Origin: an uncultured Collinsella sp.
Lineage (GTDB): Bacteria; Actinomycetota; Coriobacteriia; Coriobacteriales; Coriobacteriaceae
Assembly: GCA_900544425.1 (NCBI GenBank)
Contig: UQUX01000001.1
Coordinates: forward strand, 1 to 53,149
DNA length: 53,149 bases
Reading direction: 5' to 3'
The first letter of the stretch is position 1. Every line of letters starts with the position of its first letter. Under the pieces are notes generated by a model, which was not told where the DNA came from, did no database searches, and was given only the letters and a program-made list of their open reading frames with translations. This document shows positions 46,951-53,149 of this stretch, in pieces. Position numbers and translations under genes: made by a program.

Positions 46951-48645
46951 CTATTTGGCCAGCTCCTGAACGATCCAGTCAATTGCACCTTCGGGATCGT
47001 TGGTAAGGTCGATATACTCCTTGCCCCTTGTGGTGAGCAGTTTAATTCCAAGGCGATCGGTATCGGCCTTCATAGCGTCATAGTACATGCGTGCCTGGGG
47101 CGCCAGAACAATCACGTTGTACTGATCCATCGTATCATAGTGGCTTCCGTACGCACCGGACTGAGAAACCAGATCAATACCCTTAGCAGCGGCGCCTTCG
47201 CGAAGAGCATTTGCCAAGAGAGTCGAAGTGCCGGCACCCTGGCAAAGCACAAGCACGCGGATCTGCTCCGCCTTGTCCTTTACCGCCTCGAGAGCTTTTG
47301 CGACATTTTCCTGTGCGGCAATAGCATCTGCATCCGAGGTTCCTGCAGTCTCCTTTGCAGACTCTTCCAAACAAAGCTGATGGTCATACGCCTTGCAGAA
47401 CGGATAGTAAATCACAAAGTCAACGACCAACAGCACCGCAATCAATACAAGAGAACGTACATCAAGACCTGTGGTGAGGAATGCACCGATTGGGCCGGGA
47501 AGCGCCCACGGCATGGTATACATGGGGGCGTTCATTCCAATTACGTCAATGAAAAACTTACCGATTATAGCGTTGACCATAGGAGCCGCTAGGAAGGGCA
47601 CGAACATATAGGGATTGAGAACAATCGGCATACCGAAGAGAACGGGCTCGTTAACTCCAAAAATCACCGGGATAATCGATGCCTTGCCCATGGCTTTAAG
47701 CTGCTTGGAACGCATAAACATGATCAGGATAATAGGAACGATGAACGTGCAGCCAGAACCGCCCAGACCGCCGATGAAGTTTGTAAAGTCCAGCGCGAGA
47801 GCAATTGACGGGTGTCCACCTGCTTGGTAAACCGCAAGATTGGTAACGGTATTGTCGTAGAGCGCAGCATTGATCGGAGTCATGACAACCGAGGCACCGT
47901 GAATGCCCATAAATTGGAAAAGTGCGACCGCGCCCTCGATAAGCGCCATGCCAGGATAGGTGTCGACCGCGGAGAACAGCGGCGAGATAAGAGCGGATAC
48001 CAAATTGGCGAACGGCACAGCAAGCAGCTTACGGCTCGCAAGATCGATAAAAGCGCACGCAAGGATCGAAAACCCAAACGCAAAGATATCGCGAAAACTC
48101 TGCGCAATAGAGCCAGGGACCTCTTTGGGGAGCTTGATCGTCACATTATGGCTAATGCACACCTTATAGATATTAACGGTCAAGAATGCGGATACGAACG
48201 CAGCGATAAAACCCTTGGTTCCCATGTAGCCGGTTTCAAAAACAGACGTATCTGCTCCGCCAATCGAGACAACATCGTTCGTCACCGATAGCAAGAACAT
48301 GCCGCACATGGCGCAAACCATGCACGAGGTGGGGTTGAGAGATTTGCCCGAAGGCATGCGGCGGTTCATCGACTTGGCAAGTGAGCTCGCCGTGGTGCCG
48401 GCCACCATAATGCCAAGAAGTCCCATGGTATATGCATAGATTTTATTGAAGAAATCCAGTACCTCAGACGGAAGCGCGATGCCTACATAGGCAGGGAGCG
48501 TCGAAAGAAGAAGGAACAGACTCGAGAACAGCACAATTGGCATATTCGAGAGAAAGCCATCCTTAATCGCCACCAGATAAATGTTCCTTGAGATTTTGTC
48601 GAAGAGGGCCTGGTGTTTTTCAAGGAATTTGACGATAGCGTCCAT
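46951..48645 (-). CDS. PTS lactose/cellobiose-family EIICB (module 4, lower GC)
   Basis: Start ATG 48645 (RBS AAAGGA); AIKDGF, FMGIHGAS, LGGSG, FGVNEPVLF; EIIB VLCQGAGTS. Confidence 0.92.
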   Translation of the reverse strand: MDAIVKFLEKHQALFDKISRNIYLVAIKDGFLSNMPIVLFSSLFLLLSTLPAYVGIALPSEVLDFFNKIYAYTMGLLGIMVAGTTASSLAKSMNRRMPSGKSLNPTSCMVCAMCGMFLLSVTNDVVSIGGADTSVFETGYMGTKGFIAAFVSAFLTVNIYKVCISHNVTIKLPKEVPGSIAQSFRDIFAFGFSILACAFIDLASRKLLAVPFANLVSALISPLFSAVDTYPGMALIEGAVALFQFMGIHGASVVMTPINAALYDNTVTNLAVYQAGGHPSIALALDFTNFIGGLGGSGCTFIVPIILIMFMRSKQLKAMGKASIIPVIFGVNEPVLFGMPIVLNPYMFVPFLAAPMVNAIIGKFFIDVIGMNAPMYTMPWALPGPIGAFLTTGLDVRSLVLIAVLLVVDFVIYYPFCKAYDHQLCLEESAKETAGTSDADAIAAQENVAKALEAVKDKAEQIRVLVLCQGAGTSTLLANALREGAAAKGIDLVSQSGAYGSHYDTMDQYNVIVLAPQARMYYDAMKADTDRLGIKLLTTRGKEYIDLTNDPEGAIDWIVQELAK

Positions 48646-48748
48646 AACACATCCTTTCATGATTCCCGGGCACACAACGATTTATCCGGACTCAACCGTC
48701 GTCGTCCCCGTTTGTATCCACGTATGTAAGTGAATACGTTCTTGTGCG

Positions 48749-48952
48749 AAATGTAATATCATTTGCGCGATTTGTCATAACCAATTCTTTTTCCGCTTTG
48801 TCGATATGTCAAGAATTCAAATACTTATTCGGTGAACGGTAGTTGATTAATATAAGGTTTTCCCAGCTAAAGGCCATTTTTTCCGAGCAGTACAATAAGT
48901 TTGCAACCGTTCACCGATTGGATATAACATATTTAATATATTGTTGTAACAA
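48749..48952. promoter_or_regulatory. Divergent AT-rich promoter region with candidate GntR operators (TGTTATAACA-like)
   Basis: AAATGTAATATCATTT 48749, TGTCATAACC 48773, GGATATAACA 48920, TTGTTGTAACAA 48941; AGGTATAACC also just upstream of gntR. Confidence 0.5.
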
Positions 48953-49001
48953 TATTAGTGACGATGTCACAAGCCTGTCGTTCTAGTCAAAGGAAGTAAC
49001 A

Positions 49002-49922
49002 ATGCCCAAACGATTACTGAACATGTCCGCATCCGATTTTGCCACCACGTCACCCATGGATCTAAAGCAGGCAATTCTGGCCTCCGAGGGACGTACCATC
49101 ATGGCGGAAAACGTACCCTCTTCCCAATTTCTCAGCGGCGTTACTAATGCAGAAATCGAACGTGCCGCAGGTGCCGACCTGCTTCTGTTTAACGCGTTCG
49201 ATGTGTTCGATCCAGTTATTGCCGGTATTCCAGATGATCTCAATGAAAACCCGGTCACTTGGGTGAAGCGAGCATGCGGAAGGCCGATTGGCGTCAATCT
49301 GGAGCCAGTTGATAACGAGGCAGAGATGTCTGAATCCCGTACGGAAATCCCCATGGGTCGTCGCGTCTCTCCCAAGACCTTAGAAAAGGCTAACGAACTC
49401 GGATTTGATTTTATCTGCCTGACGGGCAACCCTGGAACTGGCGTCTCCAACGATGCGATTGCCCATTCAATCAAACTCTCCAAAGAGCATTTCAATGGCC
49501 TGATCATAGCCGGAAAAATGCATGGAGCGGGCGTTGCGGAACCTGTCATGACGCTCGAAATAGCGCGCGAGTTTGTTGACCTCGGTGTCGATATCCTTCT
49601 GGTGCCAGCCCCCTACACCGTCCCCTGCTTCCAAGAAGCAGACCTGCGCGCCATCGTAGACTTTGTACGATCCTACAACGTAGGCAAGTCAATTGAAGAG
49701 AAGGTTCTCGTCATGGCGGCGAACGGGACGAGTCAAGACTCTTGCGACAGCGAGACCATTAAGAAAATAGGCCTTGCAGCAAAAGCAGCCGGCGCTGACC
49801 TCCAACATATCGGGGACTCCATGAACGGTATTTGCCTGCCCCAGAATATCTTCACGCTCGGACAAGCCCTTCGTGGATACAGGCATCAGATTATCATGCT
49901 GAGCCGCTCTGTGATACGTTAA
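49002..49922 (+). CDS. Uncharacterised protein, probable (beta/alpha)8 barrel enzyme
   Basis: 306 aa, RBS AAGGA; eight short hydrophobic strands (TIMAE, LLLFN, IGVNLE, FICLTG, IIAGK, ILLVP, LVMAA, LQHIGD) separated by helical-looking segments. Confidence 0.8.
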   Translation: MPKRLLNMSASDFATTSPMDLKQAILASEGRTIMAENVPSSQFLSGVTNAEIERAAGADLLLFNAFDVFDPVIAGIPDDLNENPVTWVKRACGRPIGVNLEPVDNEAEMSESRTEIPMGRRVSPKTLEKANELGFDFICLTGNPGTGVSNDAIAHSIKLSKEHFNGLIIAGKMHGAGVAEPVMTLEIAREFVDLGVDILLVPAPYTVPCFQEADLRAIVDFVRSYNVGKSIEEKVLVMAANGTSQDSCDSETIKKIGLAAKAAGADLQHIGDSMNGICLPQNIFTLGQALRGYRHQIIMLSRSVIR

Positions 49923-49976
49923 GGTTACCTTGCCCACGTTACATCCCGACTGAGGCAACCATCAGGTATAACCAAC

Positions 49977-50714
49977 ATGCAAACTGAGGCTCTAATGCTC
50001 GATACACACGAAAAACGGCCACTCTATTTACAGCTCACCGACGCGCTGCTCAAGCAGATCGTTGATGAATATCAAGCAGACGATAAACTTCCAACAGAAA
50101 TGGAACTCTGCGACGAATACGCCGTAAGCAGAACAACCGTCCGACTTGCCATGAGTGAGCTGGAGCGTCGTGGAAGTATCTATCGAATCCAAGGTAAGGG
50201 ATCGTTTGTTGCACCGAAACGCGTTAGCGAGCTCAATTCACTTTTAGACTTTGACTTTGCAAGCCATTGCGATGGCGTTGATCCGGATGCCATCACCAAA
50301 CATTTCGGCGGCCTCACATCAGGTCGTCCAATTTCTGTAATGATGCTCCAACAATTTGGATGTCAAAGTCGCGATGAAATTCAGCGTCTTGAATTGACCT
50401 ACGAACTTGAAGGCAGCTTCATAGGCGCTGATACGTTCTTCATTTCAAAGTCGCGCGTTCCGAATAACCAGTTAGATTTTCAGGCATTTAGCAGAATCAT
50501 GGACGACTTGTCCAAGTCTATCCAATCTGTTAGGGAAAGCTATAGAGCACGTCAGCTTAGCGATTCCGAAGCCAGCAATTATGGTGTTGCAAAACTTCCG
50601 GTCATCGAACTGACTCATTATGCTTACGACTCCGGAGGCAAACTAATCTCAATTGTCTGCCGCACCGTCTTAACTGGGCGGGTCCCTTATCAAAACTTTA
50701 TTTTCAAGTCCTAA
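49977..50714 (+). CDS. GntR-family (HutC/UTRA-type) regulator
   Basis: [38 protein letters not shown]; ~245 aa. Confidence 0.88.
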   Translation: MQTEALMLDTHEKRPLYLQLTDALLKQIVDEYQADDKLPTEMELCDEYAVSRTTVRLAMSELERRGSIYRIQGKGSFVAPKRVSELNSLLDFDFASHCDGVDPDAITKHFGGLTSGRPISVMMLQQFGCQSRDEIQRLELTYELEGSFIGADTFFISKSRVPNNQLDFQAFSRIMDDLSKSIQSVRESYRARQLSDSEASNYGVAKLPVIELTHYAYDSGGKLISIVCRTVLTGRVPYQNFIFKS

Positions 50715-50727
50715 TGTTCTTTTTCTT

Positions 50728-50870
50728 TTGTCTCGATCTGTAACACGTAGCCGAGTTTTTAAGTCCTAACCGTTACAGATCGAGACAAACAAGGTAGACC
50801 CCACCGAATTGTCTCGATCTGTAACATCTGACTCGCTTTTGGCCGCCTAGATATCACAGGTTGAGACGAT
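50728..50870 (+). repeat. Family B palindromic doublet
   Basis: TGTAACA 50739/50820; CGTTACA 50771; degenerate TATCACA 50852. Confidence 0.88.
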
Positions 50871-50986
50871 TTGATAGTGGAGTCCTCATTTGCGCGTCAT
50901 ATCGCGTAGCTCTGACGCGCTGGTTCCCACAATGGCAGGAGACAAAAGTCCTCCCGCAGCGCTTGTTGGCAATCCCGTAGCGTTAG

Positions 50987-51751
50987 CTAGCAGATGACCT
51001 GCGTGTGTTCCTCGATGGCGGCACGATCCACGGCGGCAATACCCGGCTCGCACACCACGGCGTCCAAACTGTCCAGGCGGCAGAAGGTGTAGAAGTCGCG
51101 CTTGCCGATCTTGCTGGAGTCGGCGATCAGATAGCGCGAGTCGGCCTTGCTAAAGGCGAGCTGCTGGATACGGCCCTCGTCCATGTTGGACGTGGACACG
51201 TCGCCGTCCAGGATGCCGTTGGCGCCGATAAACGCTGCATCGATACCAAGCGCACGCAAGGTATCCTCGGCCGTTGGCCCCACAAAAGCGGCGGTGCGGC
51301 GGCGGTACATGCCGCCCACCAGGCACAGTTCGTAGTCTTCGCTCGCCTCGAGCAGGCTAAACACCGAAAGCGAATTAGTCACGATGCGCAGGCGGCACGC
51401 CGGCAGCATCGAGGCCATCTGCTCAACCGTGGTGCCCGTACCCAAAAAGATGGTCGAGCCCTCCTCGATGAGCTCAACGGCTCGGCGCGCGATCTGCAGC
51501 TTTTCCTCAGCATGTTTGGAACGTTTTTCGCTGTGCGAATACTCGTGGCGCAACATAGTGTGGGGACGTCCCTGTGCACTGCGGGCTCCGCCGTGCACGC
51601 GCTCGATCTCGCCCAGGCTCGCAAGTTCCTCAAGGTCACGGCGGATCGTCATATCCGAGACGCCCAGCGCATCCGAAATCTCCTTGACCGAGACCGTGCC
51701 CTGCTCTTCGAGCAGCTGCCGAACCTTATCCTGTCGCTCTGCCTTAATCAC
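50987..51751 (-). CDS. lacR: DeoR-family repressor, LacR-like
   Basis: VSDMTIRRDL, RVHGGA, E.SHSEK, GTGTT, VTNS, FVG; lac/tagatose context. Confidence 0.85.
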   Translation of the reverse strand: MIKAERQDKVRQLLEEQGTVSVKEISDALGVSDMTIRRDLEELASLGEIERVHGGARSAQGRPHTMLRHEYSHSEKRSKHAEEKLQIARRAVELIEEGSTIFLGTGTTVEQMASMLPACRLRIVTNSLSVFSLLEASEDYELCLVGGMYRRRTAAFVGPTAEDTLRALGIDAAFIGANGILDGDVSTSNMDEGRIQQLAFSKADSRYLIADSSKIGKRDFYTFCRLDSLDAVVCEPGIAAVDRAAIEEHTQVIC

Positions 51752-51957
51752 GATGAATCCTCGCCGTTCTTTGCGCGCATATCATTCAAACAGTAACGAA
51801 CAAATTGTATCAGACCCGTGCGCGTCAAAAATGAACGCCCGCACAGCTCCAATCATCACTTTTTTGAGAAAAATACCCCCTGCTTTAGTGGGGTGTAGTG
51901 ATAATCTCGCCTGTTCGCGCTACAGTTTGTCGGAAATACCTCGATGTTAGGAACCAA

Positions 51958-53010
51958 ATGATCACTTCCGAGCTTTTCGGCACCGCGCCGTGCGGTACCC
52001 CCGTTCATCGTTACACCCTCAACGGGCCCGAGATCTGCGTTCGCATTATGGACTATGGCGCCACCGTGCTTGGTGTCGACGTGCCCGACATTCCCGGCAA
52101 CGTGCGCGATGTGGTGCTGGGCTTCGATAAGCTCGAGGATTACTTTGACAACCCCGCCTGCTTTGGCGCGACCATCGGCCCCGTGGCAAACCGCACCGCG
52201 GGCGCCACAATCACCATCGCCGGCACGGACTGGCATATGCCCGCCAACGAGGGCGCCAACAACCTGCACAGCGATCTTGAGCACGGTCTGCATAAACGCG
52301 TGTGGGACGTTGAGCTCAACGAGGCCCATAACGCCGTGCGCATGACCACCTCGCTTGAGGATGGCGAACTGGGCCTTCCCGGCAACCGCACCTTTACGGC
52401 CGTGTTTACCGTTACACGCACCGGCGTCTTTCGCATCGAGTATGGCTGCGAGAGCGACCGCGCCACCTACGTGTCCATGACCAACCACACGTACTTTAAC
52501 CTTGCCGGCCATAACGCCGGCATGGACTGCGAGCACTTCTTTGTTGCCAACGCTGCCCACTACCTGCCCATCAACGAGCAGAACATCCCCACCGGCGAGA
52601 TCGCTCCGGTCGAAGGCACGCCGTTTGACTTTCGCGAGCTGCGCCCCGTCGCGCCTGGCATGGAGGCCGACGATCCCCAGATTAAGCAGGCACGCGGCTA
52701 CGACCACTGCCTGTGCATCGATGGCTATCAGTACGGCCGTAATCTGCGCCGTGCGATGCACGTCGAGGAGATGTGGACCGGCCGCGAGCTGGACTACTAC
52801 ACTACCGCTCCAGGCGTGCAGCTCTACACCGGCAACTGGCTGGGCGACGAGCACGCCAAGGACGACGCCAACTATGGCTGGGGCGCCGGCTTTGCCCTCG
52901 AGGCCGAAATGTATCCCGACACGCCGCACCATCCGCTGTTCCCCCAGGGCATCGTGGGCCCCGGTCACCCCTACAGCAATGTGATCGAATACCACTTTAT
53001 GAGGCACTAA
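51958..53010 (+). CDS. galM: Aldose 1-epimerase (galactose mutarotase)
   Basis: Start ATG 51958; YGAT, GATIGPVANR, NLHS, TNHTYFNL, GYDH, QLYTGN, FALE. Confidence 0.92.
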   Translation: MITSELFGTAPCGTPVHRYTLNGPEICVRIMDYGATVLGVDVPDIPGNVRDVVLGFDKLEDYFDNPACFGATIGPVANRTAGATITIAGTDWHMPANEGANNLHSDLEHGLHKRVWDVELNEAHNAVRMTTSLEDGELGLPGNRTFTAVFTVTRTGVFRIEYGCESDRATYVSMTNHTYFNLAGHNAGMDCEHFFVANAAHYLPINEQNIPTGEIAPVEGTPFDFRELRPVAPGMEADDPQIKQARGYDHCLCIDGYQYGRNLRRAMHVEEMWTGRELDYYTTAPGVQLYTGNWLGDEHAKDDANYGWGAGFALEAEMYPDTPHHPLFPQGIVGPGHPYSNVIEYHFMRH

Positions 53011-53039
53011 GCCCACAACGCAACATATCGCACAGCAAC

Positions 53040-53071
53040 GCCCGCCGGCACCACCGCCGACGGGCTTTTTT
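53040..53071 (+). terminator. Terminator after galM
   Basis: GCCCGCCGGC-ACCACC-GCCGACGGGC followed by TTTTTT. Confidence 0.8.
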
Positions 53072-53079
53072 CTATCCAG

Positions 53080-53149
53080 TCGAACGCCCGCTCGTTCGCC
53101 TCATGGGTCGGCCTGACGCCCTCCGAGCACTCCAGCGGGGAGAGCGACC
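53080..53149 (+). mobile_element. IS110-family transposase fragment (5'-truncated; runs off the right edge)
   Basis: Frame from 53080 reads SNARSFASWVGLTPSEHSSGESD, matching the IS110 C-terminal-domain motif GLxPxxxSSG; no room for an N-terminal domain upstream. Confidence 0.7.

Noticed and set aside
49002..49922. Calling the unknown protein a HAD hydrolase or PEP mutase
   Set aside because: No N-terminal DxD HAD motif or recognisable PEP-mutase signature, so it is left as unknown.
35685..50870. Family B repeats as a CRISPR array, TIGR-like guide array or canonical attC sites
   Set aside because: At most two units in tandem; the 25-bp interiors fall into two conserved subtypes rather than unique spacers; no cas, Nop-domain or intI gene; no RYYYAAC/GTTRRRY ends.

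Overview
GC-rich actinobacterial chromosomal window. Gene style suggests a Collinsella-like Coriobacteriia gut bacterium (inference). The left ~17 kb holds the 5' part of pflB, MarR with a heterodimeric ABC exporter, DAHP synthase, an agmatine deiminase + APC permease pair, a BceAB-type transporter, a Nudix-Vsr fusion and an AraC/HAD pair. The rest is a ~35-kb galactose/beta-galactoside supercluster: a class II aldolase with a DeoR regulator, galK-galT, lacA-lacB-lacX-lacC, a single lactose-family EIIA, lacR and galM, plus four ~5-kb PTS modules. Three modules are LacI + EIICB + GH1 6-phospho-beta-galactosidase. The fourth, lower in GC, is EIICB + an uncharacterised TIM-barrel-like protein + GntR. 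Most notable: (i) each PTS module ends in a same-orientation palindromic repeat (TGTAACA-N25-TGTTACA, 81-bp period in doublets), giving a cassette-array-like layout that also contains a toxin-antitoxin pair; (ii) the fourth module lies between ~400-bp direct repeats of the lacR 3' half; (iii) a ~148-bp dispersed repeat shows compensatory base-pair changes, and two copies flank the agmatine genes; (iv) an oriented ACCGTTCACC motif, usually paired 21 bp apart, precedes the sugar operons; (v) four LacI paralogues each sit beside their own operator variant; (vi) an IS110 transposase fragment starts at the right edge. No CRISPR array, tRNA or rRNA was seen.
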